Shown: positions 1 through 13,304, counted from the whole stretch's first letter. The stretch is DNA of 63,934 nt, filler included, from Atractiella rhizophila (GCA_021432655.1; 7 parts of 7 records of this genome joined end to end with filler, not necessarily neighbours in it), one strand, 5' to 3'. The notes: generated by a model not told the origin, from the letters alone. Numbers and translations are program-made.

Positions 1-1204
1 TCAAATATCTCTTTGAAGCTTACAGAATATTTAGTTCCTTATATACCTTCTCGTCGATGGCTTTCCGATGCTTTTCGCAATGGATTCTCGATAAGGAAGC
101 TAATTGGCGTGTTGCAATTGCATACCGTCACGCGCTACAATACGTGGAAACAGTACGTGTGGTGTGCTTTGTGGAAGTATGATAATGTCGTATCAGCTCA
201 TATACTTATATACGTCCAAACTTCACGTCGACGTGGAGAAAAGACCTGCTGGTAGTGGCGCAAGAAGTGTATGACGAGATGTATGAGCACTTCAAAACGT
301 GCGCCCCTTTCCTGCTCACTCCTTCCCCGCTAGTATTTATATTTAAGGGAATGTAGAGGGAAGGAAATCCGTCATCCTTGCACTTCGAACGCTTTCCGAC
401 GGCGTCCAGCAGGCGAGGAATTTGAAGATCTTGGGAAAAGGAAGAAAAGAGGAGAAGCTGCCAAAAGGGAAGTCATGGAGCAAACGCTCATCAAGCAACT
501 CCGCCGTCCTGTGATCATCGCTATGGGAGAAACAGTGTCCTCAAAGGCTATGAAATCAGATGAAAACAAGGATTTAAATCAATTACAGGTACGACATTTC
601 TAAAAGATGATGCAGCACAGGCTAAGTTTAACAGGTCGTTATCCGATTCGAGTCCAAAGTTGTTCGTTGTTCCTATCAAGTTCTTGTCGTAAATATTTAT
701 GGAGGTCTTAGGAACGCAAGACGCCCAACCGTGAACCGGAAATCCTGAACTTGGAAGAGGCAAGCATCTGTCATTGATCAACTGGCTTCTGATCGCCTCT
801 CACAGTGCCTCCTCTTCCGAGTTGATGTTTCGCCAATGTCAATGATGGATGCCTTCCGAGCCGGGCGATCCGAAGAAAGTTTACTGAGTCGAATTCGCAA
901 CTCCTTCCTTCGTACCTTTGGTCTTCTCAAAGAGCCACCAACTCTGGCATCGCCGACGACAGCTGCAGGGCTGCGTCTGAAGACTGTCGAAGACTTCAAG
1001 GATTTCAAGGCTATACGGAGGTTCGACCTCGACAAAGCTCCAACGACTGAAGCGGAGGTTATGGAGCAGCAGATCCAGGCTGTCGAGGACATGCAGAAGA
1101 AGTATGGGTCGGTCAGCAAGCACTTTCAGTCACAAAATGTTAATAGCGCTTCGACAACTGAGATGGCGGGTTTGCATAGGGCGCTCTCTAATCGTCTAAG
1201 ATAA
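1..1204 (+). CDS. 3' part of a multi-exon hypothetical protein (5' end outside window)
   Basis: Open frame from ~3 (KYLFEAYRIFSS...QYVET) ending at a GTACGT donor (~153); further donor-like sites; terminal 122-aa ORF 836-1204. No family recognised; exon model uncertain. Confidence 0.4.
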
Positions 1205-1444
1205 TTGCTTTTAATTTCATGTAATTCATCACACGTCTAGCATTAGCATATTTACGTGGCGTTACCTTCCACTGCTATCACTACTGTATCCGGTAGTCCG
1301 AAAGTGTGTGCAGACTAAGGTGGTCAACAATGGCGCGTCGAAATCTGTCAGCAACGACACAACAATCCTTAAGCTTCCATCTCCTGCTCGATTTTCACGA
1401 GAATTAAGACAAGAATTGTTTCTGCTGGACTGCATCACGTAGAC

Positions 1445-2362
1445 ATGCCTACCTGCGTGAGTGTTGGCAGGAATACGTAAGCCGTGTAAACTGATGGTCG
1501 AGGTGTAGGAAGACGACCTGACCACAGCCGACTTGGAGCTTGTGGCTCCAACTTCATCCTCAGCACACGTCCGAGTAGCCGGCGGGTCAGAGGCCAGCAC
1601 CTCCTTGTACCCATTTGTTTCCTTTTCGCACTCCTACGGCCTCAATCTCTCTCCAAACCACGATCAAATCGAAGACGTAGTTCGCCCACTAGATCAAAAA
1701 GATGTCGTGCTCGAAGCTGTAGAGGAGGATACAGGAGAAGAAGAAGGAGCGCAGCAGGAAGGAGGCACTTCTCGTAGCTCTCGGCGGGGTGGGATGCTGC
1801 AGACACAGGTGGATGGCGACATGATTGTCCATGTTCGGTTCTCGCAATCGGTGAGAGTCAAGACTTTATTGATTGGCACGGGAGGTGGGAGGAGAGACAC
1901 ATCTCCACGGAATTGCAAGGTTTGGGTGAATAGGCACGATGGTGTTGGGTTTGGAGAGGCTGAGAGCCTCAAGGCCGAGCAGGAGTGGGAGTTGCTGGAA
2001 GGCGTCGATGGTGACGTAGGAGCGATCGAGTATCCTACGAAGATGTCGAAGTTTGCCAATGTGGAGGAACTTACTTTCTTCTTTGTAAGCCTCAGCCTCA
2101 TATTCATATAACCTTCGAGACTGATTAGAATTGTTTAGAACAATCCACGCTCAGTAGATACCTCCCAGTTATTTTACCTTGGCTTCAAAGGTGTGTTCAT
2201 TTAGCTTCCCATCACAACGCTCTCAAACGTTGCGTAGGCGACCCACGCAACGCGAAAAAACCAGCCGGAGAGCAATTGAAGGTTGGGGCAGAAAACGCCA
2301 TGAGCAACTTTGTCGACCGTCTTCGAGAGTCGGCAGCTGGAGCGCAATCATCTGTTCGATGA
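1445..2362 (+). CDS. PITH-domain (proteasome-interacting thioredoxin/DUF1000) protein
   Basis: ATG 1445, intron 1457-1508 (GTGAGT..TAG), then LQTQVDGDMIVHVRFSQSVRVKTLLI, PRNCKVWVN, EYPTKMSKFANVEELTFFF; two more introns; last exons SQLFYLGFKG...SSVR*. Confidence 0.85.
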
Positions 2363-3047
2363 TATCAACCAAAGCAGGCGTCATATATCGTTCCGCTTGA
2401 TTAGTAGACAGTTATCATCGTTGTAATCTTACGATCAGAGAGATTTATGTATTGGTTGTGGCACTAGAGTGTAATCAAGAGTGTAATCAACAATCCATCT
2501 ATTCCTTGCAAACCGTTCGCTAATCGATCTTCGAACTCAACACACAGCATAGTCTCGAAAACTTGGAAGGAAATCATGGATCTTGGGGGAAGTGGGGATT
2601 TTGAACTTGAAAGCCATAGCTGCATATGTACGCATATCTTCTAACCACCCGCTGGGCATCAAACGACGAAGGTGAAGGTTCCGTTCCAAGAAAAAATGAA
2701 GAAGGATGGGAGAACTCCAACTATGCTACAAATACAGAAATCTTGAAGAGGGCAGAGTAATGCAATTGAAAGAAGCAAAGGTGGGAGAGAAGAAAGTGTC
2801 TCTTCAGTTTTTCATTAATCGAGTCGAATGGAAACGAATCGATGAGCAAAATCGTGAATGAAGAAATGAGCATGGGCTGGCTGGAGTACTACAGGGTGTC
2901 GTTCGAAGAGAAGAAGAAAACATGCGAGAGCAACGTCCGGATTGTGTCGTATCCATTTCGTTTGTTTCGAGTAAGGAGCATGCGAATGAGAAGTAGATGA
3001 ATTGAGAACCGTCGAGCAAGGATGGGAGGGGAGGGAGAGATGGAGGA

Positions 3048-5837
3048 TTAGGTGGGAAGGAAGGATTGGGATTGGCAGTACATTCCGTGCGCTATAAAAG
3101 AATACTCAGAAACAAGTTTGAATTGAGGAATGTCAAGACGTACGTGTTTGTCTCCATGTTACGAGAGCAATGAGGACCCATGAGACGAAAAAGATAATAG
3201 AGACGATGAGCCAGATCGCGCCCCAGACTACAAACAATCAAATTATCAGTTCCACATCCATGATAGGTATAAAGGGAAGATGACTGACTTCCAGGGTTAA
3301 GCCTTGGGATCCTCGTTGCGAATTGTACAACGCAACAAGGATTGACTTTCCGGAACACAAAGTCGTCCATAACGTCCCAGACGACATAGAAACTCGACAT
3401 GACACCAGTGAAGAGGACGAAATATCGCAGTGCAACGGCATGATCAATGAACCACAACCTGTTTCCCAGCCACATGAATGACGCTCGCAGGAAGAGGGAG
3501 AGGTGAACGAACCCAATAAGCAATCCAGCCGCTGCTGCAGTCAACACCTTTGTAATGGCTCCATTAGCCCACCAAAACACGACCAGAAAAGTGAGCAAGA
3601 TGATTCCGCTCGCAATCTTACTCGCGAGCGTATTGAACCCACAAAACGTGAGAGCTCCACCGATGAGGATACTGGAGGGGTATCCAGCTATGAGGGCGGC
3701 GATGGGCCATATCCCACCTTCCAACTGGGTGCTCCCTCCTTCGTTCGGATCGATGGACACGCTTTCCACTCGAGCTCCGGAGAGAGCGGCGAAGACAACG
3801 TGTCCGAATTCGTGGTAGGCGACGACGACGAGTTTGAGGGGGTAGAGGAGGTGACGGATCGCGAAGAGGTTCCAGCCGACGAGGATGGCAACTAGATAGA
3901 GCGCGATTGCATCTGGATCCAACAATCTTGTCAGCTTTCTACCAGTTTGCAGCAGAGGAAAACTAACATAGAGATGCCTGCTGCGTTTTTGTTGGCCGCA
4001 GCCCGCTTCCGTCCTTCTCCCCGGCGTCTCCAGGTTGGCATGAACGATGGACATGAGGTTGGTTGTCGGGTTGAGAGCCTCCTCCTCCTCCTGGAACATA
4101 GAGAGTAGTCGTTGATTGTGCCAGCCGCAGAGTAGTCGTTGTGTAGCATGTTCCTCCATTCTCTAGATAGTCCGAGCAAATGCCAGGGTAGTACACCGTC
4201 ACCGTTACCGTCGACGGGCCTGACCCTCCTCCCGGGTTTAATGTCCGTGTTACTGTTATCGTCCCCGTTCTAAACAAAACAAGTTTGAGCAGTTAAAATT
4301 GCAAGGGATTAGAAGGACTCAGAGACTCACCCAGGCGGTGCTGGCTCCCCGATTGTTGTTGTCACTGTTACAGTTCCGGTATTGTCGGGCCTAGCCAAGA
4401 GAAAGGTTTGTCAGTCAGTGGATCGAAATGTTGAATCATCCAAGTTCGCGTTAAAGACTCTCTGAGAATCACAGAAGAATCACAGTGCCACAGGCGAATG
4501 AGGGATGAAATTTACTCAGTCATGCTGCCCAGGCGGCGTCGCCCTTCTTCTCAAGCGATTACGTTTCCTCATACAACAAAGCAGGAAGCACTCTGCCAAG
4601 TATGCGAACATCTCTCGTTCTCGATGAAGCCGCAGAGTAGTCGTTGTGTAGCATGTTCCTCCATTCTCTAGATAGTCCGAGCAAATGCCAGGGTAGTACA
4701 CCGTCACCGTTACCGTCGACGGCCCGGACCCTCCTCCCGGGTTTAATGTCCGTGTTACTGTTATCGTCCCCGTTCTGAACAGAATAAGTTTGGGCAGTTA
4801 AAATTGCAAGGGATTGGAAGGACTCAGAGACTCACCCAGGCGGTGCTGGCTCCCCGATTGTTGTTGTCACTGTTACAGTTCCGGTATTGTCGGGCCTATA
4901 GCCAAGAGAAAGGTTTGTCAGTCAGTGAATCGAATTGTTGGATCATCCAAGTTCTCGTTACAGACTCTCTGAGAAATCACAGGAGAAACCAGAGTGCCAC
5001 AGGCGAATGAGGGACGAAATGTACTCAGTCGTACTGCCCAGGCGGCGTCGGCCTTCTTCTCAAGCGATTACGTTTCCTCAGACAACAAAGCAGGAAGCAC
5101 TCAGCCAAGTATGCGAACATCTCTCGTTCTCGATGACGAGCGGGAATAAAGAGAAGGAAGAGACGAGAGTGCGGCTTAAAAGCACCTCCGGAAAGGTGGA
5201 CAAGGCCTTTCACGCGCTGTGTGACGTGAATCGCCGGATCAGTTGGACACATCCATTGAACTTGAACTTGTGTCCCACCTTGTCCCACCCATTGGACCAG
5301 CTGGTGAATGTGACGCAGCAGCACTTGAATATTATAAGAGTCACCAAGAATTCGGACTCTTCATACCATCTCACATCTCATCTCTCCATACGCGATAACA
5401 AACGACAAGAAGACTCACTGCTCAGTGACCGTCACAAAAACGGTCGTCGTATCCCATCCGCTCCACCTCTTCACCAACTGTTCCGGCTCCACATCCTGCA
5501 CAAAATCGACGAGATAAGGATGTTTCTTCTCCAATCCGACGGCGGCCAGCCATCGCTTTTTCCGCTCTCTCCTCTCTCGCTCCTCCTCCGATATGCCAAG
5601 GTCATCGAGCTCCCAAAATTCCTGATCCAGGAGTTCGGGATACTGGATGTATGGGTCCACGGACTCGTCAAAGTCGCTGTAGAGGGCTATTGGTGTTGGA
5701 GTTGGGAGTATTGTGATGGGCACGGAGGGAGAGGTGATTGATGGGCCGGGGGAGTTCCATGACGACGACGGTGTTGGATGGGGAGGATAGTACGGTGTTG
5801 GGGAGGGCAAAGACAAGGAAGGGGAAGTTATGATCAT
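3048..5837 (-). CDS. Peptidase M50B-like intramembrane metalloprotease with long Pro/Thr/Gly-rich N-terminal extension
   Basis: HEFGH zinc motif in LLYPLKLVVVAYHEFGHVV, IDPNEGG, AGYPSSILIG; several TM helices; spliced end HGMYCQSQSFLPT*. Upstream exons join in frame (VTVTEQ|PDNTGT..PPG|TGTITVT..QQASL|YAIALY). Start codon tentative. Confidence 0.8.
4123..5136. repeat. Direct tandem duplication, two ~505-509 bp copies (4123-4627, 4628-5136), inside the M50B gene
   Basis: Both copies start AGCCGCAGAGTAGTCGTTGTGTAGC and end CTCTCGTTCTCGATGA; scattered substitutions and small indels. Confidence 0.95.
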
Positions 5838-7226
5838 GGGTGGTGCGTGGCGTAGGAGAGGGATTCGTGAAGTGACTGATGGGTCGTTGTTGTTTTGATG
5901 TAGAAGTTGAAGTGTTCGGATCTCCAAGGCCGAGTCCGCGCGTTTTCGTCACCTGACCTATCCTGCGCTGAAAACGACGTAATCAATCGATGATGATGTG
6001 AAGCAGTTAACTGATGCGATGTTGACTGGAACCAGTGGATGCTCAAGCGTCCAGCACGCACTTTTATATGCAGGCGGGGATTGGAGGGCAAAGATGTGGA
6101 TACCTTTGCTACTGTTTGCAGATGGATCGGATCCAACATCGCATAACACCCGTACTCCACAAAGATGGCCAGAAGGGTTTGCTTTCTCTTTCAAGCATAC
6201 TTTCGGCCTGATGCGAGGGATCAAACAGCCTGCCGGGCATGTCTCTATATCTCCAGCATGTCTTCCTTATCCCATGAAAGGGTCGCGCTGAGCTTTCCGA
6301 GCCTAATATGGCAATCTCGATTAAACTGACGACAGCGTTGTTTGCCTTTCATTCATTTCATTCTTCGACATTCAATATTCGTGCCTTGCATATAATTTGA
6401 TATCTCTTGCTCTCCACAAAGCAGATAACGATGACCAGCTCCCTTCAACAAAAATGATGAAGTGGACTTAGAGAGTAAAGTCTGCACAACTTCCTATTTC
6501 TTCATCAACCCCTGTCACTCTGGATTAGTGCCGCGTTGCTCTATCAAAGTATGCATTTGTATCACAGCGCAACGACGACATTCTGCCAGTGGTCTTTATG
6601 GGTTGAATCCATGATGCAGCGCGCTTGCAAGCCTGAATGCATCTAGATGAGAGCCGGAGGGCCACGCATCAGATTCCAGATGACATCAACACTTCCACCC
6701 TGGCGTTGCAGGCGTTGCAGCACCGAAGCGCGGTTGGTTGAACCGGAACTACGTCGGGTGCTCAATGTGGATAGCTTTAGGTATCAGTTCCACTTTCTTT
6801 GATGCCAAAGCGTTGCCTGTCTCACAGAAAATACAACCGCGCGTTGGTTTATCGTACTCAACAAAGTCCAGCTCATGCTTCGTTCCAGTCATCAAGGCCT
6901 CTCATATATCAGCCCATTCCAGCTCTCGACTTGCACTGCAGAGGGTTGACTGTAACCGAATAACCTCATTGTAATATGTAGTGGCGGCCGTTCATATCCG
7001 CGTCATCTGTACATGGAAGGAAGAACGCTCGAGGTGTCACTGTCGTCAGCCTGTCCCGACGAGTTCCGAGGTCGGCGCGCAACTTTTTCCCTCCCCATCC
7101 CGGTAAGGCATGCCTGGTACGGCGAATCGAGGCTGCAATGCCTGCTGGACGGAGGACGCAGAACGGGTGTGTATATAAGAGCCAGAGAGACTTTGTACAT
7201 GCCAGTCAATGATCAAGAAAGTTTCG

Positions 7227-9746
7227 ATGAACCACCTTTTACTGTTACCACTCTTTGTAACACTCCCACACTCATTTGCCCGTTTGATTGATGGGGATGC
7301 ATCCTCGCTCGCTTCTTCTTACGACTATGTCATCTGTGGAGGAGGTCTAGCGGGTCTCGTGCTCGGTTCGAGGCTGTCTGAAGACGCAGATAGGTCTGTT
7401 TTGGTGATTGAAGCTGGAGGAAATGGAGACGATGTCAGGGAGAGAATCGGTGAGGTGTTTTTGCTTTTCGTAGACAGACAGGACACCACTGAATGTTCGC
7501 AAGGATAGATCATCCAGGGATGGCCTACTATGACGGCGTGACTGGAACTCAGTACGATTGGGGATTCCAGACCGTTAACCAAACCAATTTGAACGGAAAT
7601 CAGCGTTATTGGCCGGTTGGAAAGATCCTTGGTGGAAGCAGCGCCATAAATGGTTGTCTTTCATGCCATTCTCGTGCTTTTGAGAGCGAAATTGATGTGT
7701 GGTGATCTAGGAGCGTATCTGGTTAAGCCAAGCAAGACTGAGATTGATGCATGGCACGACTTGCTTGACGGGACTGATGGACAGGATAATTGGAGCTGGG
7801 ACACGTTTTCAGACGCCATGAAGAAGGTATTTCTTTGAAATTTTCCCCAAAAAATGTACCATTGACGTGTTAAAAGGCAGAAACCTTCGTACCGCCATCA
7901 GCAGAAGCGAAATCGAATTACAACATCGAATACTCCGCCTCCAGTCGCGGTTCCTCAGGTCCAATCCACTATTCCTATCCCGCTTACTTCCCGGACGCGG
8001 TCTCAACCTGGATTCCCACCCTCCAAGCTCTCTCCCTCCCCATCGCCAGCGATTCATCCAGTGGAAACACCGCCGGAGGAGTAATCACAACATCAGCCGT
8101 CAACCCTACGAACTGGACACGCTCCTACTCCCGTTCAGGATACCTCGACCCTCTTCCTCCCAGGAGCAATTTGGATGTGTTGTACGGCATGCAAGTCACG
8201 CGCCTGATCCTTGACGAGAAGAATGGGAATGTCACCCAGGTTGAATTCGCGAAAGCGGCGGGAGAAGCAACGCATACTGTAAACGTTAACCTGGAAGCTG
8301 TCCTGTCAGCAGGAACTATGGGGTCACCTAGGATCTTGATGCACAGCGGTATTGGGCCAGCAGATGTGTTAAGTGCTGCCGGGATCGAGACGAGTAAGTT
8401 ATCCTTCTTCGATTGACAAGTACTAACGTGATGTTATGAAGAAATTGACTTGCCTGGAGTCGGAGAGCATTTGCAAGACCACCTCAGTTATTCTCTCTCC
8501 TTCTCAACTACTTCAGTTACCGCAGGCGACTTACGAGCCGAAAACAAATCAGATCCTGAATTCCTCTCCTACACGAACGACGCCATCAGTGGGTCCTCCC
8601 CCCAATGCTGAAATTAACTCATAAGGAGCCTAGTTTATGTTCCTGGGCGAACGCTCTTCGGAGATTCCTATAATTCATTCTCTAACGAGCTCAAAGCAAA
8701 CTTATCGTGGTCATCGCAAAATGTCGCACCTGAACATGTGTCCTCGAATGCCGACGTGATGGCTGGCTATGAAGCGATTTACAATACGAACGCCCAAGTT
8801 CTTCTTGTAAGCATTATCCCTCCAACTTTAACCTGAAAGGTCTGAAGAAGGTGGGGTTGTAGCCCGGCGATGTTGGACAGGTCGAGATTCTCCTCTCCCT
8901 TACGGGCGGAAACATTGCCGTTCAATTCGCCCTGCAGCATCCTCTAAGCCAAGGAAGGCTTTATGTCACCTCCAGCGATCCGTTCAAATATCCTACGATC
9001 GACCCAGCATATTGGAGCCATCCCGCAGGTGCGTCCTCTTTCACTCCCTTCCCTAATCAATCGCCTTGATGGGTCCAATTGGCAGACAAAGAAATTCTTC
9101 GCGCTGGAGCACGCCTCGCGAGGAAGATAGGCCAGACGGCTCCATTGGCTGGTCTGATAGAGGCTGAAACCAGCCCGGGAGCGAATGTAGATGAAGATAG
9201 TGAATGGGACGAGTATATTGGAGGTGGAGCTGGAACAGAGTAAATCATTCCACGTCAAGGTTTCTAGAAGTAGACGCTAACGGACATTTTTACTGTGAAG
9301 GTATCACCCCTCTTCCACCTGTGCGATGATGGCGAAGAACCTTGGTGGGGTAGTCGATGGCAATTTTAAAGTTTATGGTGTTGGTACGTCATATTTCCCC
9401 TTTGAAGTCTCGAGCTCAACGTGGTGCACAACAGCGAATCTCAGAGTTATCGATGCAAGCGTGTACCCTATCTCTTTCTCCTGTCATCTCTCTGCTCCGA
9501 CCTACGGTCTTGGTGGTACGTCCAGGTTTCCCCTTGTCGAAAGAAATGCTGAACATGAGCACAGAACTCGGAGCACAACTGATCAAACAAGAGCACACTT
9601 CTCAAAGCAACGGCCAGACGGGGAATGGCGGTAACAACTCAAGCAACAGCGACAATGCTGCAGGTGGCCATTCTGCCGCTTCGTCCAACACTGTCAGTAT
9701 GGCGACGGCTGTTATAATTTTGATCGTCTCGTTAGCGACTTATTAA
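7227..9746 (+). CDS. Secreted GMC oxidoreductase (AA3, glucose/aryl-alcohol oxidase-like), multi-exon
   Basis: Signal peptide [105 protein letters not shown]; hydrophobic C-terminus. Confidence 0.92.
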
Positions 9747-9923
9747 GGATTCCTAGTGTTCATGTGGACAATTGACACTCTTTTGCAATTTTGCATTTGG
9801 TTTGTTTTGTGCCCTGAAGAAAGCCGGGTCTGTGGACTGTGGATAGTATCGACTGTATCTTGATTATTTCCTAGTGTGAGTATGTCGGTTACAGTATAAT
9901 TGTAGACAGAATCTTTATTTCAA

Positions 9924-10633
9924 CTACCCTTCCCTGACGATAGAACCACAATAGAGACTGACGGATTCACAGCATATGACGACGGAGCAGTAGACATGTA
10001 TATTTCTTCCAAGAGTCCATAACACAATGGACTGATAAGTACTGTCCCGGTTATCAAGGACTGCACGACAACAAGCACCGAAAAACATGCGCGCCGCTCG
10101 TTCCCTGAGAGTCTCGCCTTCCTTCTTCGCGAGCTCCCAATCCATTGAATATTGAGTATCCCTGTGGTCCTCCTTCAGTTGTGCCAAGGATATTTCCATA
10201 AGAGACATCCCTATGCAACATTTTTAGTTTGTCCCAGGCAACGAAATGTGCTGCTCTGGCATAGCTTCTTGAACTCGCCGAACGACTCTGTTTTCTTCAT
10301 GACAGTGTTCTCCTTGGTAAAGATATCTGGTTTGGCTCCGTTGACTCCAAACACTTCGACGAAATCGCTGTCAATCTTGCCGCTCGTGTTGACGAGCTGC
10401 CATTCTGTATCGATAAAGGGGGTTATGTGTTTTCAGATAAATGACACATAAAAGTAAATGTGCTCAATTTAAGCAATTTAAAGCGATGGAGTGCTCACAA
10501 ACTGCTCGAAAGGAGTACCTTCAGCTCCACATGCATCTGACCGCTGGACTGAGATGTCAGGCATTGGCTCTCGAGATGGCAGCATCTTCAGAAAGGTTTT
10601 CACGTCCACCGTCACGTATTTGTTGTTTGTCAT
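9924..10633 (-). pseudogene. Probable deleted relic of a fungal-type (FunK1/Pkinase_fungal) kinase gene
   Basis: MTNNKYVTVDVKTFLKML.. exon, then KPDIF...FGEFKK and DWELAK motifs close together, with no HRD/catalytic loop between them. Confidence 0.35.
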
Positions 10634-10925
10634 GATGTTGTAGCTAGCGCGCAGCTGCGTTTCCGTTTCCCTTAAATGGGAAGCCTAGAAGTTCATCGCA
10701 GTTGTTGTCGTAGAACGAGGCGGAGACAGAGGATCAGAGTGCGCCGTAACAAGAAAATAAATATATAAAGTGATTATGATACAATGCACATTGCAACAAA
10801 AGCGATCTGTTATGCAAGGAAGCAAACACGACCAACCGCTCGTGTTCACGATCGACTAAGGAACGACCAAGACTCCAAACTCCAGACCCTCTTTTGTTAC
10901 TCTCCTCAGCACTTCTACGCTCACA

Positions 10926-12976
10926 ATGGGCATCACCGCGTCCAAGAACGAGTATTCGTTATACCAACCCCTGCCCCAACGCTTCAAGCTCAAGTCACTC
11001 GCCATTTCCTCTCCTTTCCAACAACTAGTCTGCACGCCATCAGTGAGCGGGGACGAGGTAGAGTTCCGGGGCGAAGGAGTGCAGTTTGTAGAGGATCCGG
11101 ACTTAAAAGAGGGCTGGAGCCGGAATAAGACATTGTTAAAGCTAGTGAGGGGGACAGGGGAAGGGGAGGAGCTGAAGATGACATTCGAATTCGAATGTCA
11201 TGCCGGAGAGAATGGAGAGAGCGAGAAGATGAATGGATTGAGCTTCGTTTGTGCGAGCAATCCACAGGCGTTGCATCGGCTTTTGGTTTCTGGTGCCAAT
11301 TTGACGCCGAATGTGAGTCCTCATCCACTGAATAGAAAGATGTAGTATGGACTGGGTTCTCACAGTTTCAAAATTCGCCTTCAGTACATCTGCTCCCTCC
11401 AAGTTCTACCTCGTTCCACTGGACGTTCTCTCCACCTCCGCTTTCGTCCCGTTCCAAAGGCTACCGAATCCATCTCGCCTTCGTCGAATACCTGCCTTCC
11501 AGCAGCGCTTTCTCTCCTCTCTCTTGCTTCTCCCTCCTCGTCGAGCGACAAATAACGACCCCTCGGCTCATAGCACAATTCATCCCCTCGCCACCACTCA
11601 CGAGCGTAGTACTCGAACGGAGCGGCACGTTCGATTCGCCCGACATCCCACCTTCGCCACTGACGACCAATTCAAATTCACCGCCTGCCCAACCTCTGAT
11701 CCCCCCGTACTCGCCTCCAGCAAACGCAACAACAACAGTGGTGCTCTCCCACTCCTCCTTCCTCAAGTCTCCTCCCTCTCTGCATTCTTCTGAACTGACA
11801 CCGTCACACGAAGAAAGAGAGCTCTTCGTTTCTCCCAAGCTCTCTCCGCACGAAGTAGAGGACGGACCACTGTTTCGTGCCACGCTTGCTTCCCTTGAAC
11901 GCCGCGTCACAGGTTTGCGAAAGAGTGTGAAATCTCTCATAAAGACTTGCGAGATTCTGCAGGAAAAGTGGAGTTTGGTTCAAGACGCGGAGGAGAAGCT
12001 CGATGATGCTTTTGGCGAGCTTGGAGAGTCCAACCCGTCTTGCATCAAGCCGCTACAGCAGACTGCGTTGGACGAGCAGAGAAGAGTGATGAGGGACTTG
12101 AGGAGAGATCTGCTGAGAGGTGTGGAGGTGAAGTTGCTTGAGCAGCTTAGAAAGTTGGGCAATTTGATGAAGGCGGTGGATGCGAAGAAGAAGAATTTTG
12201 AGAGCGAGAGCAAAGGATATTACGACCACGTTGCCAAGGTTTGCCCTACGCTTTACTCTTTGGAAATTGGTGTTGATTTGCCGCGCAGTATCTTTCCATT
12301 CGTAATGACGGCGACGACTCAGCGAAAAGCAAAGAATTTAAAGCGGACGCGAAGTATAAAGGTAAACGAGATCAGTTCCACGTCGCACGTATAGACTATC
12401 ACAATTTCCTCTACGACCTAGCAGTGTTCAAAGAAATAGAACTGCTTTCCCTCCTCACTCGGTGGTCTCAATATTCCCAAGATGCCCTTCATCGAGCGGC
12501 AGCAGAGCTACAAAGCGTATCCGACAAGCTGAATAGGCTAGATGGAGACGTGGAGGCTGCAAGGGAAGATGTGGAGATTCAGAGGAGAGGGATGGAGGAA
12601 GAGCGGAGAGAGGCAGAGATGAAGTTGGCCCTGAATCGACCGGAACAGATGGGAATGGGCATGGCGTTGTCAAGGCAAAGTTTGGACGTTGGGAGGGATG
12701 GGGAGGTGGAGAGGGAGAGAGGTGGGTTGGTTGGATTGAGGGAGAGGATGAAGAAACATTTGGACTTGAATGGGCTCAGTCCATTCCCTATGCCTAAATG
12801 TGGGTCCTTTTGTTCTCTTGCTGATGGTGTGATCTTAATCGCGGCGTCTTGTAGCAACGCCGCAATTTGCGCCATCGGCGGAAGGGAAGAGCGAAGCTAA
12901 GTTTAAAGGGATCCGCGACCTTGAGCCCGTGTCTTTTGACAGATCATTGAATCAAATAAGAAAGAAAGAAGGTTTC
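10926..12976 (+). CDS. BAR-PH-ArfGAP (centaurin-beta/Csx2-Cnt5-like) protein, 5' part, cut by linker
   Basis: MGITAS myristoylation-type start; EDGPLFRATLASLERRVTGLRKSVKSLIK BAR start; KFKGIRDLE...RKKEG just before the gap (PH start). ArfGAP domain not visible. Confidence 0.7.
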
Positions 12977-13076
12977 NNNNNNNNNNNNNNNNNNNNNNNN
13001 NNNNNNNNNNNNNNNNNNNNTTAATTAATTAANNNNNNNNNNNNNNNNNNNNNNNNNNNNNNNNNNNNNNNNNNNN
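12977..13076. other. Artificial 100-nt contig linker (N..TTAATTAATTAA..N)
   Basis: All-frame-stop linker; genes on either side appear unrelated. Confidence 0.97.
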
Positions 13077-13304
13077 GCAGCGCTGCCGACGCCTCCTCAG
13101 CCTCCACAACCTGCTGCACCGCCATCCCAACCGAACCCACCAGCTCCTCCCGCCAACCCTTCACCTCTTCCGCCTCGCGAATCTCCGAATTCCCTTCCAG
13201 GTGGACAAATCAAGATCCTCCAACGGCCTCCTCCTGCAAATGCTCAGAATCCGACTGGAGGGAGAGGGAGAGGTGGTGCGGAGAGAGGGTTATTCGTGCC
13301 TTGA
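13077..13304 (+). CDS. C-terminal fragment of a Pro-rich protein ending QIKILQRP..GGRGRGG..GLFVP*
   Basis: 76-codon open frame from the gap edge to TGA 13302-13304. Confidence 0.5.
   Translation, partial: AALPTPPQPPQPAAPPSQPNPPAPPANPSPLPPRESPNSLPGGQIKILQRPPPANAQNPTGGRGRGGAERGLFVP

Noticed and set aside
4935..5741. 268-aa plus-strand ORF
   Set aside because: Antisense to the M50B exons and intron; no motif support.
13021..13032. Recurrent TTAATTAATTAA as a biological repeat or regulatory site
   Set aside because: Always centred in a 100-nt N block; it is an artificial all-frame-stop linker.
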